Shown piece by piece: positions 9,874 to 20,085 of a DNA stretch of 64,000 nucleotides. Numbering within the stretch: the stretch's first letter is position 1; the number at the start of each line of letters is the position of its first letter. The notes under the pieces are model-generated. The model did no database searches. It was not told where the DNA came from and worked only from the letters and a program-made list of their open reading frames with translations. Source of the DNA: an uncultured Clostridia bacterium. GTDB taxonomy: Bacteria > Bacillota > Clostridia > TANB77 > CAG-465. The stretch is from NCBI GenBank assembly GCA_947625855.1, contig CANQPW010000001.1, forward strand, positions 10,969 through 74,968, written 5' to 3'. A program made the translations under genes and the position numbers.

Positions 9874-11421
9874 CTATTTTGCAAGTTCTATTGCTCTAGT
9901 TTCACGAATTACATTTACTTTAATTTGTCCTGGATAAATCATTTCATTTTCAATTTGTTTTGCAACATCTCTTGCCATAATTATCATTGAATCATCATCT
10001 ACTTGATCTGGTTTTACTATTATTCTAACTTCTCTACCAGCTTGTATAGCATATGATTTATCTACACCTTTATATGAATCGCAAATTTCTTCAAGCTTTT
10101 GTAACCTCTTGATATAAGCACTAACAGTCTCTTTTCTTGCACCTGGTCTAGATGCAGAAATAATATCTGCTGCTTGAACCAATATAGCTTCTATTGTCTT
10201 TGGTTCAGTATCGCCATGATGTGCTTCCATACCCCATATAACTTCATCTTTTTCTTTATATTTTTTCAAAAGTTCAATTCCTAAGCTTACATGTGTACCC
10301 TCAACATCATGATCAAAAGATTTACCTATATCATGTAATAATCCTGCTCTTTTAGCAATTGTAGGATCCATTCCAAGTTCAACTGCAAGTGTTCCAGCAA
10401 GATTAGAGACTTCAATAGAATGGTTAAGTACATTTTGTCCATAACTTGTTCTATATTTTAATTTTCCAAGTAATTTTACTAAATCAGGATGAACATCCAT
10501 TACGCCAGTTTCATATAATGCTCTTTCTCCTTCTTCTTTTATAGTATTTTCAACTTCAACTTTTGCTTTTTCAATCATTTCTTCTATTTTGCCTGGATGA
10601 ATTCTTCCATCAGCAATAAGTCTTTCTAAAGCAATTCTTGCTACTTCTCTTCTTATAGGGTCAAAACTTGATAATACTATAACATCTGGTGTATCATCAA
10701 TTATTAAATCAATACCTGTAAGAGTTTCGATAGTCTTTATGTTTCTTCCCTCTCTACCTATAATTCTTCCTTTTAAATCATCATTTGGAAGTGATACAAC
10801 TGTAACAGTTGCCTCAGAAGTATGATCAGTAGCACATTTTTGAATAGCTCCAACTAGTATTTCTCTTGACTTCTTTTCAACTTCTTCTTTTGCCTTATCA
10901 GTTTCAGTTTTAATATATGTTGCCATTTCTGACTTCATATCTTCTTCTAGCTTCTGCATCATATTATCTTTTGCCTCATCTACTGTCATTTTTGCTATTT
11001 TACTAAGTTCTTCTATTTCTCTTTGCTTAGCATTTTGAAGATCTTTTTCTTTTTTTGCAAGTTCATCATTTTTCTTTATAATGTTATTTTCTTTTTCTTC
11101 GATTAAAGCAGCTCTTTTATCTACTAAATCTTGTCTTTGATTAATTCTATTTTCTGTATCTTGCAACTCTTTTTTTCTAAGTTTTGCTTCTTTTTCAAAT
11201 TCATCTTTTTGTTTTATCATTTCATCTTTTGCCTGCAAAATAGCATCTTTCTTTATTCTTTCAGCATCTATCTTACTATCTTCAATTATTTTTTCAGCTT
11301 GTTGCTCAGCAGATAAAACAGTAGATTCTGCAATTTTTTTTCTATATTTTATTCCAGCAAAGAAAAAAATTGCTCCACCTACGGCAAATGAAATAATTGC
11401 AGCAATTATTATACCTACCAT
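9874..11421 (-). CDS. rny: Ribonuclease Y
   Basis: N-terminal TM helix, long coiled-coil, KH domain ([12 protein letters not shown]) and HD domain (LLHDIGK). 515 aa. Confidence 0.9.
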   Translation of the reverse strand: MVGIIIAAIISFAVGGAIFFFAGIKYRKKIAESTVLSAEQQAEKIIEDSKIDAERIKKDAILQAKDEMIKQKDEFEKEAKLRKKELQDTENRINQRQDLVDKRAALIEEKENNIIKKNDELAKKEKDLQNAKQREIEELSKIAKMTVDEAKDNMMQKLEEDMKSEMATYIKTETDKAKEEVEKKSREILVGAIQKCATDHTSEATVTVVSLPNDDLKGRIIGREGRNIKTIETLTGIDLIIDDTPDVIVLSSFDPIRREVARIALERLIADGRIHPGKIEEMIEKAKVEVENTIKEEGERALYETGVMDVHPDLVKLLGKLKYRTSYGQNVLNHSIEVSNLAGTLAVELGMDPTIAKRAGLLHDIGKSFDHDVEGTHVSLGIELLKKYKEKDEVIWGMEAHHGDTEPKTIEAILVQAADIISASRPGARKETVSAYIKRLQKLEEICDSYKGVDKSYAIQAGREVRIIVKPDQVDDDSMIIMARDVAKQIENEMIYPGQIKVNVIRETRAIELAK

Positions 11422-11701
11422 ATCTTTTCCTCCTTAAATATTCTTTTTTCAATGTCCAACATTTATATATCTACATAAACAAATAATTACTATATTATCA
11501 TGTTAGATTATTAAAAGTATATTATGTAAATTGTTTTTCATGTATAATTAATACATACTATACCACTTAAATTATACATTAAAAAATAAAATATATCAAG
11601 TATTTTCATTATAAATACAAAAAATAATAAAATATAGCTTTTTTTTGACAAAAAATGCTTAAAAAACATCCCAAATGATATTTACATTTGAGATGTATAA
11701 A

Positions 11702-12631
11702 TTATACTTTAAATTTTTTTATTTTTTCAATATATCCATTAACTCCAAGATGACTAAAATCTACAATATAATTAGATATTAAATTTCCTTCAATTGCATT
11801 AAAATCTTCATCAGATCTAATAGTAAAAGCCAGCACAGGTTTTCTAGTAAGTTCGTGTACTATCTTAACCAAAAAATACTGAGCTTTATCACTTCCTCTA
11901 TTTAAGGTATCAAAAATCTCCTCAACAGTATTAAAAAACTCATCTGAATGAAACACTCTTGTTGAAAATTTCCACTTTTTATCACTATGATTTTCCATAT
12001 TTATAGCATCAGTTCTTGCTATAAAACATACAAATGATACAATTTTTTCATAAATACTAGCTAAACTTTTTGGTGCTTTAAATACAGAAAGTACAGTTTG
12101 TGCCCGACAAATAAGCTGTAAAGTAAGAATATTTTTTAAATGTGATCTCATAACAAGCATAAATATTGGATTAAAAGATTGTAATGCTACCTCTCCTATT
12201 TTTGCATAATAATTTAATATTTTAGCTAAATTTTTCCTATATTGAGAATAAAGTAAAAAGTTTGCCTCTTTAGCATCAATCAAGCAAGGAACCCGCCCAT
12301 TATTTTCTTTAAGTACATCTTCTAGTAAAACAGGTGCCTTATCTTTCATAATTTCTACTAATTCTTGATATTTATACTTTGATATTTTTATCTCACTACC
12401 ATCATCAAGTAAAATATTATTATCATGTGAGAGTACAGGAATACTATCTTTTGTATTTCTTATATCGCATTCAAAAGGAATATCATTTAATATTGAAAGT
12501 TTAATAGCCTCAAAACTATTTTCTTTTATTTCTTCACCAGTTTCTTCACAAAGGCCATGTATTCCACCATGTGATATAAAAAAGTTATGATTTAAAATTT
12601 TAAAATCTTTTTTAAGCCTTTCTACATACAT
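11702..12631 (-). CDS. Glycerophosphodiester phosphodiesterase family protein
   Basis: GDPD-like motifs (ISHGG..., E..D.R.TKD..PV.SHD) in the N-terminal half; the C-terminal half is divergent. Confidence 0.5.
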   Translation of the reverse strand: MYVERLKKDFKILNHNFFISHGGIHGLCEETGEEIKENSFEAIKLSILNDIPFECDIRNTKDSIPVLSHDNNILLDDGSEIKISKYKYQELVEIMKDKAPVLLEDVLKENNGRVPCLIDAKEANFLLYSQYRKNLAKILNYYAKIGEVALQSFNPIFMLVMRSHLKNILTLQLICRAQTVLSVFKAPKSLASIYEKIVSFVCFIARTDAINMENHSDKKWKFSTRVFHSDEFFNTVEEIFDTLNRGSDKAQYFLVKIVHELTRKPVLAFTIRSDEDFNAIEGNLISNYIVDFSHLGVNGYIEKIKKFKV

Positions 12632-12756
12632 ATAAGACTCCTCCTTTCATAATAATTTAACAAACGTTAAAATTTTTTTATCCTTTAATTAAAAGATATA
12701 TATTTTTGTCACAGAAAATATTATACTTGAAACACATTAATTTGTCAAATAAACAT

Positions 12757-13299
12757 TTATTCTAATTGAGTACCAAGATACATAGAAGTAAGTTTTACAA
12801 GTTTTAACTCCACATCTGTAATTTTATGTTTACTATCCTTTGAAAATATTATAACTGAACCTATAACATCAGCATCACAAATAATAGGAGAAATTATTTG
12901 AGATATATGACTTCCATCTTTAGAAGATAACAAAATATTTTTAGCATCTCCATCAGTAGCAGTAGACCATATTGCTCTATCCTCCATAATTTCTAAAACA
13001 GAATTTGAAATACTTTCACCTAAATATAATTCTTTTTTACAACCACTTACAGCTATTATCTTATCTGTATCACTAATACATACGGAAAAATCAGTCATAT
13101 CAGAAAGTACCCTTGAATAACTTTTTGAAAGCTCAACAAGTTTCCCTAAAGGCTGATATTTTTTAAGTACAATATCCTCATCTTCTATTAAAATTTCCAT
13201 ACTATCATTTGTTTTAAGTGTAAGATTTTTTCTAATTTCTTTTGGTATAACAATTCTACCAAGTTCATCAATTCTTCTAATTATTCCTGTTGTTTTCAT
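12757..13299 (-). CDS. spoVT: Stage V sporulation protein T (AbrB-type N-domain plus GAF-like C-domain)
   Basis: MKTTGIIRRIDELGRIVIPKEIR... SpoVT/AbrB swapped-hairpin N-terminus. ATG 13299 with GGAGG RBS. The track ORF starts 14 codons upstream. Confidence 0.85.
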   Translation of the reverse strand: MKTTGIIRRIDELGRIVIPKEIRKNLTLKTNDSMEILIEDEDIVLKKYQPLGKLVELSKSYSRVLSDMTDFSVCISDTDKIIAVSGCKKELYLGESISNSVLEIMEDRAIWSTATDGDAKNILLSSKDGSHISQIISPIICDADVIGSVIIFSKDSKHKITDVELKLVKLTSMYLGTQLE

Positions 13300-13403
13300 T
13301 TCATACCTCCAAATTCTGTTAATATTATTTGTATCAATCATTTAATTATTCACGAAAAAAGTAGTATAAATAATTTAATTTATTTATACTGCTTTAATAA
13401 ATT

Positions 13404-15356
13404 TTAAAAATAACTATTAAAATCATTTACAAGTTTATATAGTAATATTTCTTTAAGTGACCTTTTATCTTGTGATATATTATCATTTATGTAATTTGCA
13501 AGCTTTAGCATATTCTTTTTTTCTTTACTTTTAATTTTACTATTTTCATATCTTATTTTAAAAAGATTTATTACATTATTTAAGTCATAATTTGAAACAG
13601 AAAGTAATTTATTATACAAAAGTTTTACATCAATATTTTCAAATACAGGTATTTCTTTATACTCATCCATTATTAGTTTATAAAACGTTGACATATCTTG
13701 AGGAATATATGATAAAAGTTCTAATGACTTTTTACTTATTATTTCCTTTATTCTTATCTTTATTAATTTATCTTGTTCTTGTTTTAATTTTTCTATATAT
13801 TCATCATCATACTTAAAATCATTTAATTTAAGTACATTTAAGTCATTTACTGTATTATTTACACAAATCTTAAATCCAGATAAAAACACATCATATAGTT
13901 TATCTAAATCATATATTACAAGCTTTACATCTATAAAATACTTAAACATTCCAAATAAAACTATATAGTCATTTAATAAAACACTTCCCTGTTTTACTTC
14001 ATCTAAAACTTGTGTAACTAATATTTCAAATTCAGAATCACTAAGTTTTAAATAATCACCATTTAATATTTTTAAATATTTTTTATTTGAATCTGTTTTT
14101 TCATCATTTAAAGTAGAAATTGCATTGTCAATATCTTCTTTAAATAACCTATCATCAAAATATCTAGTTCTTATATATACTTCGATAAATTTAAAAAATC
14201 TATATTTAGAAAAATTATTTACAAAATACTTATTATCAAATTCTTTAAGATAAAAATTATTTGTATTATTTAAAATATCTGATGTATAAATAACTGATAT
14301 ATATTCATCATTATTTTTTATATCTTTTAATTTTTCTTTACTTATACTACCAGTCTTAATTTCAAATGAAGTTGCAAGTGTAAAGGTAAGCATAGTTTTT
14401 AAAATCTCATTATTTATATTTTCATATTTTGATACTACACTTTCAAATATCTTTTCAAAATCATTTAGTGCATGCTTTAATATTCTTAAATTTTTAGTAT
14501 TTGATTTTCTAAAAGCAGAAATTATTACAGATGTATTTTTCTTTAAGAATTCTGATAGTTTCTCGTTATATGAAAATTTAAGTATCATTCCACTCAAAAT
14601 ATATGCATACTCTGGACTATATTCAAAAGTCTCCCCTATAAGTTTTTCTTTTATTCTTTCATAATCATTACTTTTTTCAAATATTTCAGATATTTCTTTT
14701 TCTATTATACTTGATAAAGGTATTTTATTCTTACCATCATTATTTTTTTGAAGTAAACTATTTTTATCAAGCACATAAGTAGCAATCATAGTTTTAAGTT
14801 CAATATTTTTATTTTTATATTTTAATGCAAGTTCTTTTTCATTACATATAAGTATTGTTTTTATTCCATCATGTTCAACAAAATTATTTATATATCCTAA
14901 TATATCTATAACATCTACATTTGCTCTTTCTAAATCATCAAAACATAATATTTTATCATCTACGGAAAAACTTTTAGAAAAATCTATTTTATCGGAATTA
15001 TAATTTATTTTTCCGAAAAAATTTGCCATATCAAGACCAGTTTTTACATACTCAGGTATCATATTTCCATCTTTTGTATCAGAAATATTTTTTAATGTCC
15101 TATTTATATTAGGACTAGTTTCAATAAATATTTTTTTGCTTATTTCTTCTAAACTATTTATACCATATAATGACATATATATAGTTTTATAATTTTTTCC
15201 ATTTATTTTTATGCTTTCAAGTCTTTTTCTAAGTTTATTGTTCCAAAAAAATGTCTTTCCACTTCCCCATTCTCCATTTATCATTACAGCATAATCAGTA
15301 TATGGCTTTTTTATATATTCACAAATATTTTCAATTAGTTCTTCCAAAATGCTCAC
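13404..15356 (-). CDS. KAP-family P-loop NTPase (650 aa)
   Basis: Walker A GEWGSGKTFF near the N-terminus and Walker B-like ILCFDDLER. Size and layout match the KAP NTPase family. No operon partner apart from the neighbouring membrane protein. Confidence 0.6.
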   Translation of the reverse strand: MSILEELIENICEYIKKPYTDYAVMINGEWGSGKTFFWNNKLRKRLESIKINGKNYKTIYMSLYGINSLEEISKKIFIETSPNINRTLKNISDTKDGNMIPEYVKTGLDMANFFGKINYNSDKIDFSKSFSVDDKILCFDDLERANVDVIDILGYINNFVEHDGIKTILICNEKELALKYKNKNIELKTMIATYVLDKNSLLQKNNDGKNKIPLSSIIEKEISEIFEKSNDYERIKEKLIGETFEYSPEYAYILSGMILKFSYNEKLSEFLKKNTSVIISAFRKSNTKNLRILKHALNDFEKIFESVVSKYENINNEILKTMLTFTLATSFEIKTGSISKEKLKDIKNNDEYISVIYTSDILNNTNNFYLKEFDNKYFVNNFSKYRFFKFIEVYIRTRYFDDRLFKEDIDNAISTLNDEKTDSNKKYLKILNGDYLKLSDSEFEILVTQVLDEVKQGSVLLNDYIVLFGMFKYFIDVKLVIYDLDKLYDVFLSGFKICVNNTVNDLNVLKLNDFKYDDEYIEKLKQEQDKLIKIRIKEIISKKSLELLSYIPQDMSTFYKLIMDEYKEIPVFENIDVKLLYNKLLSVSNYDLNNVINLFKIRYENSKIKSKEKKNMLKLANYINDNISQDKRSLKEILLYKLVNDFNSYF

Positions 15357-15756
15357 CTCTAATTACAAACATTCTATCATATTAATATTTTTTTCGCAAT
15401 AAATGAAAAAAATATACATACAAAAAGCCCTAGATTTTTCTAGAGCCTATTGTATTTGTATTATGTTAAAATTAGTTTCAAAAGTAGAATCTTTTGAAAT
15501 TAATCAGCATTCTTATATTATTATACATTTATTATGTATTATTATATCATATATTTTTATTGCAATCAACTTTTTATTTCAATTTTCTAATTTATTTTTA
15601 CATTTTATTTTTCTATTATACACTATATTATAATTTTTTACAATTATATAAGCATATATATTTTGTGTAAATTCAAAATCAAAAACTAGTCAAATTTCGA
15701 CAAAAATAGACTATTAAAAAAAATAATAACAGACACAATATCTGTTATTACTAATT

Positions 15757-16554
15757 TTATTTATATTTTAAACTTTTTAATACTTTTTCTACATCAGGAT
15801 GAGCAACATTTTCAATATATTTATTTGGTGTTAATAATCTAAATGTTATAACTAAATCACTATTTTTAGATATCACAATATAAAATTTACCACATTCATT
15901 ATCATATGTTGTATAAGCTACATTTGCAACATAAATATTATTTCCTATATTAGTAAATTCTTTTGATTCATTAAGCAAATTATATTGCTCTATTCTAGCA
16001 TTTGATTTAAGCTCTCTATATATTTTATCATATACTTTTTCTCTTTCCTCTTTTTTTGATATATCAAAATCATCTGATAATTTTTCTCTATCATAATATC
16101 TTAAATAAGTATTTTCATCATTTTTATATATTATTTTAAAATACTTTAAGCCTTCTTCTATTTTCCATTTAGTATTATATGTTAGACTATAATATTCATT
16201 TTGATACTCTTTATTAAATATTGAGAAAAAAACACTTGTTAAAACTATTATTAATGCAAGTAATATTCCTACAACACTTAATAATATTTTAGGGTCTCCT
16301 TTTGTTTGTTTCTTTAATTTCAAATCATATACAATACATATAATTCCAATTACCCCAGATGGTATTGATATATACCACCAAAAGCATGTAAATATACTTA
16401 TAAACCCAAATATTAAAGAAAATAAAGCTAATACACTCATCTTACTTGATTTTACATCTTTATACATTTGTGTCCTTATTTTCACATCTTCATTTTTACT
16501 TGGCATAGCAACCTCCATAACCTTATATATTTTAATTAAATTAAATTTTATCAT
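15757..16554 (-). CDS. Hypothetical membrane protein (two TM helices)
   Basis: Two hydrophobic helices (residues ~40-70 and ~90-115) followed by a charged domain. No recognisable family; the start is uncertain (several in-frame Met). Confidence 0.4.
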   Translation of the reverse strand: MIKFNLIKIYKVMEVAMPSKNEDVKIRTQMYKDVKSSKMSVLALFSLIFGFISIFTCFWWYISIPSGVIGIICIVYDLKLKKQTKGDPKILLSVVGILLALIIVLTSVFFSIFNKEYQNEYYSLTYNTKWKIEEGLKYFKIIYKNDENTYLRYYDREKLSDDFDISKKEEREKVYDKIYRELKSNARIEQYNLLNESKEFTNIGNNIYVANVAYTTYDNECGKFYIVISKNSDLVITFRLLTPNKYIENVAHPDVEKVLKSLKYK

Positions 16555-16601
16555 AAGTATAATATTACTTCAATACATTAATCAATAAATTAATTTCATA
16601 A

Positions 16602-16630
16602 TTGACATTTATGTATTTATATGGTATAAT
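16602..16630 (+). promoter_or_regulatory. Consensus sigma-A promoter TTGACA, 17-nt spacer, TGgTATAAT upstream of ORF 16734
   Basis: Perfect -35 at 16602-16607 and -10 at 16625-16630, 17-nt spacer, TG at -15/-14. Confidence 0.6.
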
Positions 16631-16663
16631 AATTATGTAATGTAAATTTTGATTTTTCAGGAT

Positions 16664-16697
16664 AATTTCTGGAAATTGTAAAATTATTTTGGAAAAT
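16664..16697 (+). promoter_or_regulatory. Two CodY-box-like palindromes (AATTTCtgGAAATT and ATTTTggAAAAT) in the leader
   Basis: Both resemble the CodY consensus AATTTTCWGAAAATT. Their centres are 21 bp apart, between the promoter and the AAAGGAGGT RBS. Confidence 0.4.
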
Positions 16698-16733
16698 TAA
16701 AATAATAAAAATATTATAAAGGAGGTATTCGAG

Positions 16734-17759
16734 ATGAATACGAAGAGGTTTTTAGTAGTAATGGCAACACTGGCAATGGTAATGGCACTTGTGTGTGCTT
16801 GTTCTAAGGAAGATGATGGTTCCACAGACACCATCCAAGCAGAAAGCACACAGGAAACAGTAAATGAAACAGAAAATGATGATCCCTATTTCTATGGTGG
16901 GAAACATCATTTTATCCGGTTAGACGAGTACAAGACATTTGTGTCAAGTCTTGAGCTTGCACCGGATTTTGAAAAGGAGGGTGCTTTAGAATCCCTCAAA
17001 AAAGGGACGCCATTCCCCGATAAAGAAACCGGAAAGTATTACATCGGGGAAAATAATTATTTTTTACTTGACGACACAGACAACTCGTTAAGGTATGTGT
17101 CGCCATCAAAGAGTAGCGACAAACTCATCGAAGTCAAGCTCTTCAAGAGCGAAAACGACAAGCTAGTTGTCGTTGGAATAAGGGCTTATGATGAGTGTCG
17201 TGTACCGGTGGTACTTACCATTATGGAAGATGGTAATGTACTAAATTCCACCGTGTATTCTGACATTAATGTCGATACACTGGGGCTTGAAGGCTACGAA
17301 AAAATCTTTTCTAGCCAGTTTATGACACTCGTACAGAAGGATAACTTCGTATGGTTTTATAGATACGGAGAGCCGATATCCGACAAGTACGAGATGCCCA
17401 AAAAGGTAGATGGAGATTACAGTCAGTGTTTCTTATCTGAGGACGGTATCCTCTACCTCACAATAATGAGTACAAGCATCTCTGATCCCTGGATTAAGAT
17501 GTTCGTACTCGACAAAGATGTCACCGGCTTTTATAACTACACCAAAGTCGATGACTATTCCACCGCAATATATGAAAAGACGGTGGAAAAAGAAACGAGG
17601 TACTTCTATTCTACAATCGACAAGGAAACATATGACAATTATGTATACGTCATGTATCCTAGCATTGTTGACAAGAATGTAATACCTCAAAACATCACCA
17701 ACATCACTGAGGTTAATCCCGAAGATGACAATAAAGGTGATGATACAAAAGAAGTATAA
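16734..17759 (+). CDS. Secreted protein or lipoprotein of unknown function (341 aa), GC-enriched (~41%)
   Basis: N-terminal signal peptide MNTKRFLVVMATLAMVMALVCAC-S followed by an acidic linker. Strong RBS. Coding GC is about 41% against about 27% in the flanks. No family recognised. Confidence 0.6.
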   Translation: MNTKRFLVVMATLAMVMALVCACSKEDDGSTDTIQAESTQETVNETENDDPYFYGGKHHFIRLDEYKTFVSSLELAPDFEKEGALESLKKGTPFPDKETGKYYIGENNYFLLDDTDNSLRYVSPSKSSDKLIEVKLFKSENDKLVVVGIRAYDECRVPVVLTIMEDGNVLNSTVYSDINVDTLGLEGYEKIFSSQFMTLVQKDNFVWFYRYGEPISDKYEMPKKVDGDYSQCFLSEDGILYLTIMSTSISDPWIKMFVLDKDVTGFYNYTKVDDYSTAIYEKTVEKETRYFYSTIDKETYDNYVYVMYPSIVDKNVIPQNITNITEVNPEDDNKGDDTKEV

Positions 17760-17767
17760 AAAACACG

Positions 17768-17803
17768 GAGGCTTAAGCACAGATGCTTAAGCCTCTTTAT
17801 TTT
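17768..17803. terminator. Bidirectional rho-independent terminator shared by ORF 16734 and recD2
   Basis: Perfect stem gaggcttaagc / gcttaagcctc with loop acagat, T-run on the plus side and a T-rich run on the minus side. It overlaps the recD2 stop. Confidence 0.65.
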
Positions 17804-19983
17804 ACCTCATTTATTATTTTCTCTTTTAATCCTGTTCTTCTATTCTTTGATTCAATATTATCTACCATATAATTTAAAACATTTCTATTTCCAACAATTA
17901 TAAGCATCTTTTTTGCTCTAGTCATAGCTGTATAAAGTAAATTTCTTGTAAGGAGCTTAGCATACCCTGTATATAGTGGAAGAATAACATAATCAAACTC
18001 ACTTCCCTGAGATTTATGAATTGTTATGGCATAAGCATGCTCTAGTTCTTCTAATTCTTCAAAATCATATTCTACAAGTTTATCTTCATCAAATAAAATG
18101 TATAACTTTTCTTCCTGCTTATCTATATTTTGAATATAACCAATATCACCGTTATATATGCCTTCAAAATGATTTCCATCTATACAAAACTTTTTATCAT
18201 AGTTGTTTACTATCTGCATAACTTTATCACCTTCACGAAAGACTCTATCTCCTACTTCAATTTGACATCTTTTTTTATTTTCTGGATTTAACATACCTTG
18301 AAGTGTAGCATTTAACTGAACAGTACCAAGCTCAGTTTTTTTAGTAGGTGTTAAAATTTGTAAATCTTTTAATACATCTATATTTGCAAATGACTTAAGT
18401 CTATGTGAAACTAAAGACAATACTTCAGATATTGTATTTTCAACACTATTTGTTTGTATAAAGAAAAGATCAGTATTTTTATTCTTAAATTCAGGATATT
18501 CTCCATCATTTACCTTATGGGCATTTACTACTATATCACTTTCTGCACTTTGTCTATATATATGCTTTAAATACTCAACTTCTACTTTAGAAGAATTAAT
18601 TATATCCTTAAGTACACTACCTGGTCCCACAGAAGGAAGTTGATTTACATCCCCTACTATAATTATCTGAGATGATGGTTTTATAGCTTTTAATAAATTA
18701 TTCATCATCATACAATCAATCATTGATGCCTCATCAACTATTATTACATCTTTATCAATAGGTTTTACCTCATACTCCAAAAACATATCTATATCTTTAT
18801 CATCTATTTTTATAATTTCAAGCAATCTATGTAGTGTTTTTGCCTCTTTACCAGTAGTCTCAGTAATACGTTTTGCTGCACGTCCTGTTGGTGCACACAA
18901 AACATATTCTTTCTCCATATTCTCTAATATATCAATTATACATTTTATAATCGTAGTCTTACCAGTACCAGGTCCACCAGTTATTACAGTAATTGGTGAA
19001 TTTAAAGCATTAGAAATAACTGTCTTTTGCTCATCAGAAAGTTCAATATTATTTTTTTTACTTACAATTTCTATTTGTTTATCTAGTTTTTTATACTTAA
19101 TCTTTTGCTTTAAATGTAAAGCAATTGATTTTGCAATATTTTCTTCTGCCAAATAATAACTTCTTCTAAACACAAAATCTTTATCATCAATTTCTTGTAT
19201 ATATAGTGTTTCATTTAAAACAAGCCTATTTACAGTATTTAATATATCATTTGTACCAACTCTTAAAAGAGACGCAGAATAATTTAATAAATTTTCTTTT
19301 TCTACACAAGTATGTCCAAAATCTGTAATCTTGTTTATCGCGTATACAACACCATAATCAAGTCTATCATCACTATATAACGATACTCCCATATTCATAC
19401 CGATATCATCTACTGTTTTAAAATCTAAAGATTTAACAAACTTTAAAAGGCTATATGGATTTTCTTTTACAATAGATATTGTATCTTTTCCAAGCACTTG
19501 ATATATTTTATTTGCAATTATTGCTGATATAGAAAACTTACTTAAATATTCTACTATATTCCACTTTTCCCATTCATCATTAAAAAAAGTATATAAATAA
19601 TCTATTTTCTCATCATTTAATCCTTTTATGCTTGAAAGTTTATCTGGACTAAACCTTATAACATTTACTGTTTCTTCCCCAAATTCTTCAATTATATTTC
19701 TTGCTGTTTTTTTACCAACTCCAGGTATATTATCTGCAATATATTGAATTAATGCAGAATCTGTCTTTGGAAGTACTTTTTTATACGTAGAAAACTTAAA
19801 CTGACTACCATAAACCTTATGGACATCTTCTATCCCTTCAAGTTCTATTTCATCATCAACTTGTATATCTTCTATTTCACCAACAGCAGTTATATAATCT
19901 TTTCCAACTTTAAGCAACATAACAGTCCAATTATTTTTTTCATTTCTAAATATTATTGTTGCAACTTTTCCTTCTATTTTCAT
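17797..19983 (-). CDS. recD2: ATP-dependent RecD-like DNA helicase (RecD2/YrrC)
   Basis: 728 aa. N-terminal OB/HhH region and SF1 helicase motifs (GGPGTGKTT, ...DEASM...). Confidence 0.85.
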   Translation of the reverse strand: MKIEGKVATIIFRNEKNNWTVMLLKVGKDYITAVGEIEDIQVDDEIELEGIEDVHKVYGSQFKFSTYKKVLPKTDSALIQYIADNIPGVGKKTARNIIEEFGEETVNVIRFSPDKLSSIKGLNDEKIDYLYTFFNDEWEKWNIVEYLSKFSISAIIANKIYQVLGKDTISIVKENPYSLLKFVKSLDFKTVDDIGMNMGVSLYSDDRLDYGVVYAINKITDFGHTCVEKENLLNYSASLLRVGTNDILNTVNRLVLNETLYIQEIDDKDFVFRRSYYLAEENIAKSIALHLKQKIKYKKLDKQIEIVSKKNNIELSDEQKTVISNALNSPITVITGGPGTGKTTIIKCIIDILENMEKEYVLCAPTGRAAKRITETTGKEAKTLHRLLEIIKIDDKDIDMFLEYEVKPIDKDVIIVDEASMIDCMMMNNLLKAIKPSSQIIIVGDVNQLPSVGPGSVLKDIINSSKVEVEYLKHIYRQSAESDIVVNAHKVNDGEYPEFKNKNTDLFFIQTNSVENTISEVLSLVSHRLKSFANIDVLKDLQILTPTKKTELGTVQLNATLQGMLNPENKKRCQIEVGDRVFREGDKVMQIVNNYDKKFCIDGNHFEGIYNGDIGYIQNIDKQEEKLYILFDEDKLVEYDFEELEELEHAYAITIHKSQGSEFDYVILPLYTGYAKLLTRNLLYTAMTRAKKMLIIVGNRNVLNYMVDNIESKNRRTGLKEKIINEVK

Positions 19984-20035
19984 TTTCTCATCCCAACTCT
20001 ACGACTAATTATATTATATAAAGCATTAAATATCA

Positions 20036-20078
20036 AGAAAAAACAAAAAAAGCAGTGTGTTAAATTTCAACACACCGC
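20036..20078 (-). terminator. Rho-independent terminator downstream of ORF 20086..20616
   Basis: Stem gcagtgtgtt / aacacaccgc (9 of 10 pairs) followed on the minus strand by tttttttgtttttt. Confidence 0.55.
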
Positions 20079-20085
20079 AAATGCA

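Noticed and set aside
15403-15633. 76-aa ORF in the AT-rich gap between the KAP NTPase and the membrane protein
   Set aside because: The translation is low-complexity F/I/L typical of AT-rich intergenic DNA, and no RBS is present.
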